Positions 47,082-56,328 of a stretch of 64,000 nucleotides of DNA are shown piece after piece. Below the pieces are notes generated by a model that saw only the letters and a program-made list of their open reading frames with translations, searched no databases and was not told the DNA's origin. Numbering within the stretch: the stretch's first letter is position 1; each line of letters begins with the position of its first letter. Where the stretch lies: IMG/VR virus record IMGVR_UViG_3300037424_000906, positions 39,780-103,779 of that record. The stretch is one strand, 5' to 3'. The position numbers and the translations under genes are program-made. This stretch comes from a virus.

Positions 47082-47573
47082 TCAGTTGATCGGGCCGAGG
47101 ACCACCGCGAGCAGCTCATCACCACACGGCTCGTGCGGGTCGTACGCGTCCTCGGCCTCGTCCGGAGTGAGCGAGTAGGTGTCACCCGCCCACGTGGATC
47201 TGGGCACGTACCAGGCAGCCTCCACGGGCAGGGCGAGCGGCGAATAGCCGTTGCCCTCAGCGTCCTTCGCCAGCACCACCACGGCGTCATCAGGCATGTC
47301 TGCGAGCAGCATGCGCAGCTGGGCAACCGTGATGTGGTAGTCCTGCCGGTGATGGCTGGTGGTGTTGGTGGTGCGAGCCAAGCCGTTGAGGCCGGTCATG
47401 ACCGGCCGTACGGGCGGCTTGTCCTCCTCCCGCAGCTGGAACCGTGGAGCACGTAACCCTGCTGTTCCCGGGCATCGGCCCAGCTGCTTGGGCCCGCCGT
47501 GCAGCTTGCGCTGGTTATCGCATCGGGCGCAGCGCGCGTCCGGCCCCGGATCTGGCAACCTGCCGCCTACCAC
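47082..47573 (-). CDS. Conserved phage protein (D.EGN.YSPL family), possible N-terminal Zn finger
   Basis: TVAQL...L..MPDD..VVLAKDAEGNGYSPL...VVL.P.N; start uncertain (47573 or 47399). Confidence 0.65.
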   Translation of the reverse strand: MVGGRLPDPGPDARCARCDNQRKLHGGPKQLGRCPGTAGLRAPRFQLREEDKPPVRPVMTGLNGLARTTNTTSHHRQDYHITVAQLRMLLADMPDDAVVVLAKDAEGNGYSPLALPVEAAWYVPRSTWAGDTYSLTPDEAEDAYDPHEPCGDELLAVVLGPIN

Positions 47574-47971
47574 GACACCCCTACCGCCCGCGCGAGCATC
47601 CGCAGCCGGCGTTCCACCCGGACATCCCTGCCGCAGTTGCAGACGTCTCCGGCATCGTCGTCGGCGCAGGTTCCGCCGTCGACCTCCTCGGTGGCCACGG
47701 CGCAGGTGAACCAGCTGTCGCCCTCGACGACCAGGTGCGTCTCGGCCAGGACGTCGTCGAGCGACTCGCGGAGAGCGGCAACCTGCTCCAGCGCTACGTG
47801 CGGGCTCCAGCGGGCCATGTGTTTTGCGTCGGCGGTGTCGAAGTGGTCCATGGACCACAGGTCGCGGGCGGTGAACCAGTGGTTCGGGTCCGGGTGAAGC
47901 GCTGCCGCGGACTGGGCTAACCGCTCGGTCTCGGCGAGCGCGGCCCGGATCTGCCCGGCAAGGTCGCTCAC
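47567..47971 (-). CDS. DUF6221-like protein, copy 5
   Basis: IRAALAETERLA...DAKHMARWSP. Confidence 0.7.
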   Translation of the reverse strand: MSDLAGQIRAALAETERLAQSAAALHPDPNHWFTARDLWSMDHFDTADAKHMARWSPHVALEQVAALRESLDDVLAETHLVVEGDSWFTCAVATEEVDGGTCADDDAGDVCNCGRDVRVERRLRMLARAVGVSW

Positions 47972-48399
47972 CACGCCACCTCCGGTAGTTCAATGCCGTA
48001 CCCAGCGGCGAGCTGCACGACGATCTCGTACATGGCGGCACCGTGCTCGATCTGGGACCGGTCGCCCGCCTCCGCGCGTTCGTCGTACTTCGCGCAGTGG
48101 GCAACGGCGTGGTCGAGCAGGCGGCGGTCAACTGCTACCTTCCGCAGCTCGCGCTTCGGGTCGTGGTGGGCGATGTGCTGAGCCTGTTCGCCCGTCACGC
48201 CGCCTGGCTTACTCATCAGGTTGATGCCAGAACCCCACGGAATGTTCGGGCTGTCGACGCACTCCCCGTGGTCTTCCCACACCCCGTCGTCGAGCCTCGC
48301 GCCGGAGTCGATCGCATCGGGGTGGTTGAGCGCGGCTGAGGCGAGACGTTCAGTCTCGTCCATCGCGGCCCGGACGCGGGTAACCAGGTCATTGTTCAT
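47968..48399 (-). CDS. DUF6221-like protein, copy 6
   Basis: RAAMDETERLA...HIAHHDPKRELRKVAVDRRLL...LAAGYGIE. Confidence 0.8.
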   Translation of the reverse strand: MNNDLVTRVRAAMDETERLASAALNHPDAIDSGARLDDGVWEDHGECVDSPNIPWGSGINLMSKPGGVTGEQAQHIAHHDPKRELRKVAVDRRLLDHAVAHCAKYDERAEAGDRSQIEHGAAMYEIVVQLAAGYGIELPEVAW

Positions 48400-48656
48400 G
48401 ACGGATCCTTCGTCTCGCCAGCGGGCGGGTACTCGACACCGGGCACGATTCGGTCTGCCAGGTCCGGCCGTTCGAGCTTGAACCGGTCAGACCCAGCAGT
48501 CTCGTCCTCGCTTACCAGCGGGCGCAGGTAGTCGTAGAGCAGGGCCAGGTGCTCCATGCGGGCTGGCGGCTCGATGATGCGGCGCGTCTCCTCCTGCCAC
48601 CGCCAGGTCGGGCTGTCCACGGCCGGGGGCGGGTTACTGCTCGTCTCGTTGCTCAT
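48396..48656 (-). CDS. Hypothetical protein
   Basis: GAGG SD; ATGA coupling. Confidence 0.5.
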   Translation of the reverse strand: MSNETSSNPPPAVDSPTWRWQEETRRIIEPPARMEHLALLYDYLRPLVSEDETAGSDRFKLERPDLADRIVPGVEYPPAGETKDPS

Positions 48657-48776
48657 AGCCTCATCATCTCGCTCAACTCGGGTTGGAACCTCGGTCACTA
48701 CTTCCAACTCCCGGGGCGGTCCGGTTGGAACCTCGCCCGGGTTGCCTACCGCGCAAACATCGGCAACAGTTGACCC

Positions 48777-49001
48777 ATGACGACCAGTGTGGAACTGCGC
48801 ACCACGCAGACGCAGGATGTGTCCGCCGTACGCGCCCAGGTCGCCGCGCAGGTAGCCAAGCTACGTGCAGCGGCGCAGGCCGTACTCCTCGTCGGTGGCA
48901 CGCCCGACCTCGTCCAACAGACTGTCACCGCCGCGATGGCCGACACGCACCTGATGCCGTCATCGATCCAGAACCGCGCCCTCATCGAGGGTGCCCCGTA
49001 A
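48777..49001 (+). CDS. Small hypothetical protein convergent on traB
   Basis: High-GC codon bias; shared hairpin at 49017-49048. Confidence 0.55.
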   Translation: MTTSVELRTTQTQDVSAVRAQVAAQVAKLRAAAQAVLLVGGTPDLVQQTVTAAMADTHLMPSSIQNRALIEGAP

Positions 49002-49061
49002 GCGCACTCGTGCGACGAAGGGGCTGGCGCTACCGTGCCGGCCCCTTCTCCGTGCTTACTA

Positions 49062-51176
49062 CTACGGGACAAAGTCGGCATGAACGTAGAGTCCCTGGAC
49101 CCCCGGCTTGCACAACACGCCATCGTCGACGAGCTCCGCCAGGTACTTCTGCCGGGTGTCGCGGTGGACTGTCATCCCTTCCCGGTCCATGGCTTCGCCG
49201 ATCTTGCCGGACTTCACGCCGTCCGCGCCGAACGAGTGCACGAACGCGACAATGAACGACTTGGGAGCGTTGGTCGCGGCTTCGATGATCGCCCCCATCA
49301 GCGCCTCGTCTCCGGTCGTGCCGGTGCGGTCGGCGTAGTCGTCCGCCCCGGCCTGGATCAGGTCGGAGAATGTCGGCTCCGCAGTGGGAGCGGTGCTGGC
49401 CGGCTCGACCTCGAACCCGTCTACGATCTGGTCGAGCTGCGCGTCGAACCACTCCTGACCGCGTTTGCCGACCGCGGCCCGGCCCGTGATCCGCATGAGC
49501 TTCTCGGCTGCCGCCTGTGCCGCTCCCAACGCGCTGTTGATGTCCAGCGGTTCCCCGCTGACCTTTCCCGCTGACACCGGGGCGTCGTCGTCTCCGTGGC
49601 TGTCGTCGGGCATGCCGAGGCTGATCAGGATGTGCCTGGACCTGTGCCACCGCTTCGTCCACCGGTCTCCCGCGATCTTCAGCGCCCGCGGGTCAAGGTC
49701 GGGGTGGTGGTGCTCGGTCGCGGAGCTCAACTCCACGATCTGGTCGGGCTTGAGGTTGTAGCCCATGTACTGCACCGGGGGTGCCTTCTTGATCCGGATG
49801 AAGGCGTTCCCGGGGTACTGCAGGTCGTCGGAGGACAGATTGCGGTTCCAGCCCATGACGTACGCGATCTCCTCGTCCCCACCGACCGTGGCGCAGATCC
49901 GTACGGACGACTGGGCTCGGATACCGGGCGGGATGACGTCGCCGGTCCCCCGCAAGCCGGTGAAGTGAACGTTGAACCCGGAATCGCGGCCGACGCGCTG
50001 GAGCTTCTCCAGGAGCGCCCGCAGCTGGTATGACGGTCCGGACTCGCCGACGACCTCGGCGCCTTCGTCGACGAAGACCTCGAACGCCGGCAACGTCCTG
50101 CTGATCGGCAGGAGTGTGGCGTTCGCCTGCCTTTTGACCTCGAACGCGGACTTCTTCCGGTCGAGCGCAATGTCGATGAGCATCTGCACTAGCAGAATGC
50201 CTTCTTGGACGTTGTCGGCGACAGCGCCGATGACCGCCTTCTTGACTACGCCCATCGCGAGCGGGTACAGGAACGGCATGGCCAGGCTGCCGGCGTTGAG
50301 GTCGATGACGACGCTGATCGAGTCCACGTTCGTGGCACATTTGCCGATCATCGTGGTGAGGACGGTTGTTTTGCCTGACCCCTTCTCTCCGATCGTCAGG
50401 CTTGAATCCTGCCGGAACCCGACGTAGACCTTCTGCCCGTTCTTGTAGACGCCGATGTCTTTCGGGTCGTTGACCGAGGTGGGGCGGTAGTCCCTCGGGA
50501 ATGGGGCTTCCACGGCCAGGGCGTTCACGGTCATGACGTCCATCAGGACCGCGCCCTGGTTGACGCCGACCCGGAACGTCACCGTGCAGCCCAGGTCCAG
50601 CTTCGCCGCCCCGGCCAGGCTTTGCCCGTAGGGGGCAAGGTTCTTCCATGTCACCCCGGGCGGTGGGTCCATGTCGAATGTGTAGCCGGTGTCGTCGGGC
50701 CACGCCTCGATACCGACGATCTTCACCTTGTATCGGGTGAGAGACAGGATGCGCTGCGCCCATTCCGCGGCCATCTCCGAGCGGTCTGCGGCGCGGCCCT
50801 CGTCTGGGGCTGGGTCGACGAAGGCGGAGACGGCGTTCGGTGTGAACGCCGGCGAGAGGATGCCTGCAGCTAACGCAACGCTGGGCAGTGCGGTCCAGAC
50901 CCAGAAGTTCTCGGGTCCCCCCTTCAGGAGCCAGACGACCCACGCACCGGCGGCGAGGAAGCAGCCAATGCGGAACCAGACGATGCTGGGTGCTGTGCCG
51001 AGGCGGCGGCCGAAGACGTACGTGGCGGTTGCTGCTGCCAGCGTTGGCAGTAGCGGGGCGGGTGATGGCATGTCGGTGGCGAGGCCGAGCAGGCCGAGGA
51101 GCACAGCCCCGAGTGTGGCGTTGATCGGCCCAGAGATCGGGCCGTGGTTGAAGGTGCCGACTTCACGAGCCGTCAT
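49062..51176 (-). CDS. traB: FtsK/SpoIIIE-family conjugative DNA translocase (Streptomyces TraB type)
   Basis: N-terminal TM segments, Walker A GEKGSGKT, Walker B VFVDEG, C-terminal winged helix; neighbouring Spd-like and GntR genes. Confidence 0.85.
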   Translation of the reverse strand: MTAREVGTFNHGPISGPINATLGAVLLGLLGLATDMPSPAPLLPTLAAATATYVFGRRLGTAPSIVWFRIGCFLAAGAWVVWLLKGGPENFWVWTALPSVALAAGILSPAFTPNAVSAFVDPAPDEGRAADRSEMAAEWAQRILSLTRYKVKIVGIEAWPDDTGYTFDMDPPPGVTWKNLAPYGQSLAGAAKLDLGCTVTFRVGVNQGAVLMDVMTVNALAVEAPFPRDYRPTSVNDPKDIGVYKNGQKVYVGFRQDSSLTIGEKGSGKTTVLTTMIGKCATNVDSISVVIDLNAGSLAMPFLYPLAMGVVKKAVIGAVADNVQEGILLVQMLIDIALDRKKSAFEVKRQANATLLPISRTLPAFEVFVDEGAEVVGESGPSYQLRALLEKLQRVGRDSGFNVHFTGLRGTGDVIPPGIRAQSSVRICATVGGDEEIAYVMGWNRNLSSDDLQYPGNAFIRIKKAPPVQYMGYNLKPDQIVELSSATEHHHPDLDPRALKIAGDRWTKRWHRSRHILISLGMPDDSHGDDDAPVSAGKVSGEPLDINSALGAAQAAAEKLMRITGRAAVGKRGQEWFDAQLDQIVDGFEVEPASTAPTAEPTFSDLIQAGADDYADRTGTTGDEALMGAIIEAATNAPKSFIVAFVHSFGADGVKSGKIGEAMDREGMTVHRDTRQKYLAELVDDGVLCKPGVQGLYVHADFVP

Positions 51177-51237
51177 GGTCTTCTCCTGGAATGTGGCGGT
51201 CGGGACCACCAGGCGGTGGTCCCGACCGGTGGATGGG

Positions 51238-52518
51238 TCAGTTGTCCTTCAGGAAGGTGCTCACGTCGGCGCGCGCCTCAGCGGCGAGGGACACGCGCGG
51301 GTCGCTGGTCTTCTTGTCCTCTTCGGCGTGCAGGGCCTTGAAGCCCGGGTACAGGGCCTCGGAGATCCCTACCAGCGTTCCGGCTGACTTGGCCAGCGTG
51401 TTGAGGGTGTCCTTGATGCCCGGGTGCAGGATCTCGAACTCCTCGCCGTGTTTGGCCACGGATGCGAGGACGGCCGCGAAGTCCTCGACGACCTGCGGGA
51501 GGGACTTCAGGTCCTCGCCGAACTTCTGCAGGCTGGCGCGGTGGTAGCCGGATGCTGCGTTGCGTGCGTCCTCGGACGCCTGCGAAAACGGGTACGGGCC
51601 GGGCATCGTTCCTCCTGTGTTGGCCTTGGTGCGGGTGGTTGGGGTTTCTTCGTCGAAGATGCTGGTCTTGATCCGTGGCTTCGCGTCTTCGGCCCAGTCG
51701 TCGGGGGGCGTGAGCTCGATGGGGTCGACCTGCGTCACCTGCTCGTCTCTGCGTCGCGCACGGACGACGTCGGCCGGGGTCTCCTCCTGTCCCTCCTTCT
51801 TGTCTTTCTTGCCTTTCTTCTCCGGCTTCGGCTCCCAGGCGAGTCCGTCTTTGAACGCCGCCCAGAACGGGCTGGACGGCGATTCGCCGCGGTGGCCACG
51901 GCGAATCGGTGCGCCGGATCCACCGCCAGGCGCGAACGTTTCGCGCCTTCCACGACGACCTGGTGCCGGTGTGCCGACACGGCTGCCGACACCGGTTCCC
52001 GGCGTGCCGGCTCCGCCTTTCGGCTGTCGCTGCCGCCACCTGGCCAGCGGGCCGGTTCCCGGGCCAGTGCCGGAGCCAGTGCCACTCTTGGACTTGAGGC
52101 CCAGCATCCGGCGTAGGCCGCGGGGGGAGCCGGTGCGGGTTCCGCCGCCGGAGCTGCTAGAGCCGGAGCTGCCGGAGCGGCCGGAGCCGGGCAGGCCGCC
52201 GCTACGCGGGGATCTGTTCGTCCAGCTGCGCGTCCTCGGCCCTGATGCGCCGTGGCGGTTGCGGCGGCGAAAGTAGTGCCGGGCAACGACTCCGACAACG
52301 AGCACGGCGACGTTGGCGAGCGCGGCCAGCCACATTCCCAGCCACAGGAACAGGGCCAGCTCGACACTGCCGAGTAGCAGCGCGGCTGTGAGTATCTCGG
52401 TGCCGGTCGGACGCCATCGCCGCGCCGCCCGGTTCGGCGCTGTTGCCGTTGCGGGCGCGGTAGGTGCTGCGGTCGGTGCCGGGTTCGTGGCGGTGCCGGG
52501 CTGAGCGGGTGCGGTCAT
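51238..52518 (-). CDS. TraB-associated membrane protein (AICE/Spd-like)
   Basis: Two TM segments, Gly/Ser/Arg linker, helical C-terminus; directly upstream of traB. Confidence 0.7.
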   Translation of the reverse strand: MTAPAQPGTATNPAPTAAPTAPATATAPNRAARRWRPTGTEILTAALLLGSVELALFLWLGMWLAALANVAVLVVGVVARHYFRRRNRHGASGPRTRSWTNRSPRSGGLPGSGRSGSSGSSSSGGGTRTGSPRGLRRMLGLKSKSGTGSGTGPGTGPLARWRQRQPKGGAGTPGTGVGSRVGTPAPGRRGRRETFAPGGGSGAPIRRGHRGESPSSPFWAAFKDGLAWEPKPEKKGKKDKKEGQEETPADVVRARRRDEQVTQVDPIELTPPDDWAEDAKPRIKTSIFDEETPTTRTKANTGGTMPGPYPFSQASEDARNAASGYHRASLQKFGEDLKSLPQVVEDFAAVLASVAKHGEEFEILHPGIKDTLNTLAKSAGTLVGISEALYPGFKALHAEEDKKTSDPRVSLAAEARADVSTFLKDN

Positions 52519-52553
52519 GGTTCTCCTCGTATCCGGCGTGTCTGACGGGCGGG

Positions 52554-52799
52554 TCAGGGGCGCGTGTCGGCGCGTCGGGCGAGCGCGTGGGCACCGAAGG
52601 ATGCGCCGGCGAAAACGATGACGGCACCCAGGACCGGCGCGAAGAGCCCGTTCCAGCCCTGAGCGCCTGCGATCATCGCGGCAAGCAGGAACGCGGTGGT
52701 TCCGGCGAGGCCGGAAGCGATGTTGGCGCCGACACGCAAGTTACTCCCGCCCTGGGCCCCGTCCTGGGGGCTGCGGGCGGGGCTGGTGTTCTGGGGCAT
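52554..52799 (-). CDS. Small 2-TM Spd-like protein
   Basis: GGAGGAG SD; two hydrophobic helices. Confidence 0.65.
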   Translation of the reverse strand: MPQNTSPARSPQDGAQGGSNLRVGANIASGLAGTTAFLLAAMIAGAQGWNGLFAPVLGAVIVFAGASFGAHALARRADTRP

Positions 52800-52812
52800 G
52801 GGCTCCTCCGGA

Positions 52813-52941
52813 TGTCGGGTTGTCGGTGTCGGACTGTCGGAGTGTCGGGCCGAGTAGCGGGGTGGTGAGGCTTTGAGCTGGGGAAACTGGGGTGGGAGGG
52901 GGTGGTTGAGACTGTCGGACCGACACTCCGACACTCCGACA
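52813..52941. repeat. clt-like cluster of TGTCGG repeats, mostly 8-bp period
   Basis: TGTCGG at 52813, 52821, 52827, 52835, 52843, 52913; CCGACA at 52920, 52928, 52936. Confidence 0.75.
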
Positions 52942-52960
52942 AAGACGCGCCCTGCGCTGG

Positions 52961-53095
52961 TTAGTTCTGCGTGCGCCACCGGTCGTCGTACACGCCGTCG
53001 TCGTCTTCGTTGTCGCCGTAGTCGTCGTCCGGCTCTTCCTTGACGTAAACCGTCTCGGCCTTGCCGTCCTCGTCGTAGCGGGTCTCGTAGCCCAC
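52961..53095 (-). CDS. 44-aa highly acidic peptide
   Basis: GAGAGG SD; MGYETRYDEDGKAETVYVKEEPDDDYGDNEDDDG... Confidence 0.55.
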   Translation of the reverse strand: MGYETRYDEDGKAETVYVKEEPDDDYGDNEDDDGVYDDRWRTQN

Positions 53096-53204
53096 GTCAG
53101 TGCCTCTCGATCGGTGGTTCCGGACGCTGGTGCTGGTGCCGCGCTGGCTTGGCGTCCACCGCACCCCACCGGCACGCGGCTGGTGGGGCACGGAAGCTGC
53201 CAGG

Positions 53205-53351
53205 TCAGCGGCTCTGCGTGGCACCGCAGGAGCAGGTGGAGATGGTGGCCACGACCTTGCCGTTCCGGTCCCTCTCGACGTGGGAGAAGGCGAAGCGGTG
53301 GACGTGGGCGGGCGTGATGGGGGTCGTCTTGCGGAACGGGTTGCCAGCCAT
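53205..53351 (-). CDS. 48-aa HxH...CxC peptide
   Basis: GGGAG SD; HVHRF...CSCG. Confidence 0.55.
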   Translation of the reverse strand: MAGNPFRKTTPITPAHVHRFAFSHVERDRNGKVVATISTCSCGATQSR

Positions 53352-53451
53352 GCTGTTCTCCCTGTCGGGTCGGGGTGGGGGTGGTGCTGGTCGTCTGCGA
53401 TGGCGGGCACCGCGTCGGGCCGTGGTGATGAGCTCGGCCCGCGCGAAGCCG

Positions 53452-53652
53452 TCAGAAGGCTTCGGGGTGCTCGATCCAAGCGACAGCCTGGACGGGGATG
53501 AGCACGGTTCCGGTGTCGGCGTTGAGGCGCAGGACTCCGCCCGTCCCCCTGAGCCAGCTCTCCACGAGCCGTACGTTTTGGCTGCCGACATCGAAGGTGT
53601 GCCGCTCGCCGTTGAGGAGTACGACCGTCATTCGGGGCTGGGCGGTGGGCAT
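53452..53652 (-). CDS. Small hypothetical protein
   Basis: GGAGG SD; beta-rich. Confidence 0.6.
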   Translation of the reverse strand: MPTAQPRMTVVLLNGERHTFDVGSQNVRLVESWLRGTGGVLRLNADTGTVLIPVQAVAWIEHPEAF

Positions 53653-53691
53653 GGGTTCCTCCGGTGGGTGTCGTAGGTGTCGTACGAGTTG

Positions 53692-54804
53692 TCAGGCGGA
53701 CGTGGTGCGCTGGTCGGCGTTCACCTGTTCGTCGGCGAACAGCACGCCGAGGAGGTCGTCCGCGTCCTGCTCGAACGTGGAGGCTGGCCCGCTGATGGAC
53801 TGCTGGTTCGTACGAGCACCGTTTCCGCTGGAAAACGGTGCGACGTCGGTATGCCGCTGCTCGCCGTCCGGACCTGTCGCGAGCGTGTTCGCCTTGTACT
53901 TCGCCACGATCGGCGACACCGTGTTGGGCTTGATGAACAACTGGTACTGGGCCAGCCACCGCACCACATCAATCGGGCGGGCGTGAGGACCGAACTGCGG
54001 CAGGTCCAGGGCGTAGCGCACACAGGCGGAGATGCTCACCAGTTGCCGCATTGCCGTCGCATGCTCGTCGTCGATGTCGGCGGGGATCAGCTGCGATGGC
54101 ATCGCAGACACCGGGCGGCTGATCGCATCGATCCTCGGCGGGTACGGGCCTGGTCGTCCGATGCCGGGCTGCGACGGCTGTACCGACGTCGGCATGATCT
54201 CGCCGACGATGACCGAACGTCGGGCATCGTCGGCTGCGAGCGCGAGTGCGAGGTCGGTCGCCCGTCGTGCGGTGCCCAGCTCGACCGTACGATCCCGCCA
54301 CTCGGCAACGGTGCGTCGTACACCGTTGGCGTACGCGTACGTCACGATGCCCTTACGACGTGCCCGACGGTCGGCCCGACGCTCGCGGCGCTTCCGCCGG
54401 AACTCTGCGAACACTGGCGCGTATCGGTCCTTGACGTCGGTGTGCCACAGGATCAGCGACAGGATTGCCGCCGCAGGCAATGCGATGGCGAGGGTCAGCG
54501 TCGGGTCGTGTGCGTGGTTGTAGATCGCAAGGGCGGCGGACAGGAGCGCACCGAGGCTGACGCCGACCCGGGTGAGGATGTCGGTCTCGTCGCGGAGCCT
54601 GCCCCGGGTGGAGTACGCCGCGAACGTCACCGCGAAACCCTCCAGGAACAGCGTCAGGCCGATCGCGGCGGGCAGCCACAGGCCGGCCCGGTAGAAGCTG
54701 TCAGCGGTGTTGTAGCCGACTGCGATCACGCCGACGCCGTACATGGCGCGGATGAGGATCCGGTACCCCCAGTGCAGGGGCGGCTGGTCGGTCTCGGTGG
54801 TCAT
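53692..54804 (-). CDS. DUF2637/SpdA-SpdB-like membrane protein
   Basis: Four TM segments with N..H motif, basic linker, helical C-terminus; GAAGGA SD. Confidence 0.7.
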   Translation of the reverse strand: MTTETDQPPLHWGYRILIRAMYGVGVIAVGYNTADSFYRAGLWLPAAIGLTLFLEGFAVTFAAYSTRGRLRDETDILTRVGVSLGALLSAALAIYNHAHDPTLTLAIALPAAAILSLILWHTDVKDRYAPVFAEFRRKRRERRADRRARRKGIVTYAYANGVRRTVAEWRDRTVELGTARRATDLALALAADDARRSVIVGEIMPTSVQPSQPGIGRPGPYPPRIDAISRPVSAMPSQLIPADIDDEHATAMRQLVSISACVRYALDLPQFGPHARPIDVVRWLAQYQLFIKPNTVSPIVAKYKANTLATGPDGEQRHTDVAPFSSGNGARTNQQSISGPASTFEQDADDLLGVLFADEQVNADQRTTSA

Positions 54805-54852
54805 CGGTGTCGTGTCCTTCTCGGTGAGGTGGCGGGTCGGGCGGGGCTGGGG

Positions 54853-55123
54853 TTAGACGGCGCCGATCTGGACCGGCATGGACTCCACAGAGTGGATGCG
54901 GAACCCGAGGCAACTGACCGCCTCGTGCTGGACCGCCCACAGGCCGGCGGCGATCAGCCCGGCCTCGTCGCACCGCCAGGACGCGATGGGCTGACCCTTG
55001 CCGACGAGGTAGGCGTTGATGTGGGAGGGCTTACCGGCGTGCGGGTCGCAGTGGGGCGGTGACCATGTACCGGGCGTCGGTTTTCGGCGGGTCGATGATG
55101 GTCGGCAGTTTGGTGGTGGGCAT
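54853..55123 (-). pseudogene. Small gene apparently frameshifted at the C4 run (55053-55056)
   Basis: GAGG SD and ATG give 30 aa then TAA; the +1 frame continues HCDPHAGK... to 54853. Confidence 0.45.
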
Positions 55124-55177
55124 GGCGGGTCCTCTCGGGTGGGATGAGCCGGGAGCACGTAGCTCCCGGCGGCTGGG

Positions 55178-55327
55178 TCAGCGGCAGTTCTGGGGGCTGG
55201 CCTTGAGGTTGTCGATCAGGCGCTCCTGGCGGGCGCGCACCGGGGAGGTTGGGCTGAGCGCCTGCATGGTTTTGCGGGCGGAGGCGAGCTGGGCGGCGGT
55301 CTTGGTGGCGCTGCTGGTCTGCGGCAT
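55178..55327 (-). CDS. 49-aa peptide
   Basis: GAGG SD; MPQTSSATKTAAQLA... Confidence 0.55.
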   Translation of the reverse strand: MPQTSSATKTAAQLASARKTMQALSPTSPVRARQERLIDNLKASPQNCR

Positions 55328-55355
55328 GGGTGGTCCTCTCGGGTGGGGGTGGGGG

Positions 55356-55871
55356 TCAGGCGGCGTTGGCGAGCTGCCCGGTGAGGGCTTCAGCGGCGGC
55401 GCGGCGGTTCGCGGCGAGCATCTGGCCCCACGGGGATAGCGGCTTCTCGCGGCGTCCGGCGGTGAGCGGGGTGACGGTGGCGAGAGCGGGCACGAGCTCG
55501 ACGGCCGGGGCGGTCACGGCGGCGGGTTGCGTGGTGGCGACGAGTTCGGCGTAGTCGGCCTTGAACGCGTTGTCGTTGCGGATCTCCTGCGGGGTGCGGA
55601 GCTTCTCGCGCAGTGCCCGGAGCTTGCCGATGGTGCCGCTGCTGCGGTAGTAGGAGTGCCCGCCCGCGTAGTTGCGTAGGTCCTCATCGGCTGCCGTGCG
55701 GATCGCTTTGATGCAGCGCTTGCACAGCTGGGCGGCGGTGGCGTTCGCGAGGGGGATGGAGCTGGTGTAGATCGTGACGCGGTCGCCGGCACCGCAGTGG
55801 GCGCGGCCCTTGATGTCGAGGTGGAGCTTCGCGGTGGGGGAGGCGGTTACCGGGGCAACGATCGCGGTCAT
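55356..55871 (-). CDS. Hypothetical H..C..CxxC Zn-binding protein
   Basis: KLH...AHCG...LCKRC; GGAGG upstream. Confidence 0.7.
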   Translation of the reverse strand: MTAIVAPVTASPTAKLHLDIKGRAHCGAGDRVTIYTSSIPLANATAAQLCKRCIKAIRTAADEDLRNYAGGHSYYRSSGTIGKLRALREKLRTPQEIRNDNAFKADYAELVATTQPAAVTAPAVELVPALATVTPLTAGRREKPLSPWGQMLAANRRAAAEALTGQLANAA

Positions 55872-55883
55872 GCCTCCACCATA

Positions 55884-55919
55884 GTTCATAGTGCTATTGC
55901 ATGCAACAGTACTGTGAAC
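55884..55919. promoter_or_regulatory. 36-bp imperfect palindrome at divergent promoters
   Basis: GTTCATAGTGCTATTGCA|TGCAACAGTACTGTGAAC, 15/18 match. Confidence 0.7.
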
Positions 55920-55928
55920 ATATAGTGA

Positions 55929-56318
55929 GTGAATCACCAACATCCCGATCTCCCCAAGCACCGCCCACCCGCCTACGCTGAGCGCATGGCAAAAGAGGAG
56001 TCTGCAGTGAACTACGAGCTGGTCGAGGTACTCGGCCGCATCCTCTGCAGACAAGCCCTCACGCACGTCGACCCACTCGAACGGGCCGCCGCACTCGACG
56101 AGCTAAGACCCACGGCTGACGCGCTGCACACCTACCTCATCGAGAAGCGCGGAGAGGTCATGAGGCAGGCACTCGAACGGAAGCAGACGACCAACGTCGC
56201 ACTCGCCAAGCGGCTCAGAGTGTCCCGCGCCCGAATCACCGCGATGATCAGCGACGGGAAGAAAGCCAAGGCGAAGCGGGAAGCTGCAGCTGAGGATGGT
56301 CGGGAGCCAACCAGCTGA
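55929..56318 (+). CDS. HTH regulator, probable repressor of the transfer operon
   Basis: NVALAKRLRVSRARITAM; divergent across the palindrome. Confidence 0.7.
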   Translation: MNHQHPDLPKHRPPAYAERMAKEESAVNYELVEVLGRILCRQALTHVDPLERAAALDELRPTADALHTYLIEKRGEVMRQALERKQTTNVALAKRLRVSRARITAMISDGKKAKAKREAAAEDGREPTS

Positions 56319-56328
56319 AAGGCAGCCA

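Noticed and set aside
49693-50943. 416-aa and other long alternative-frame ORFs (also 28575-29918, 53677-55062)
   Set aside because: Arg/Pro-rich or antisense shadows of well-supported genes
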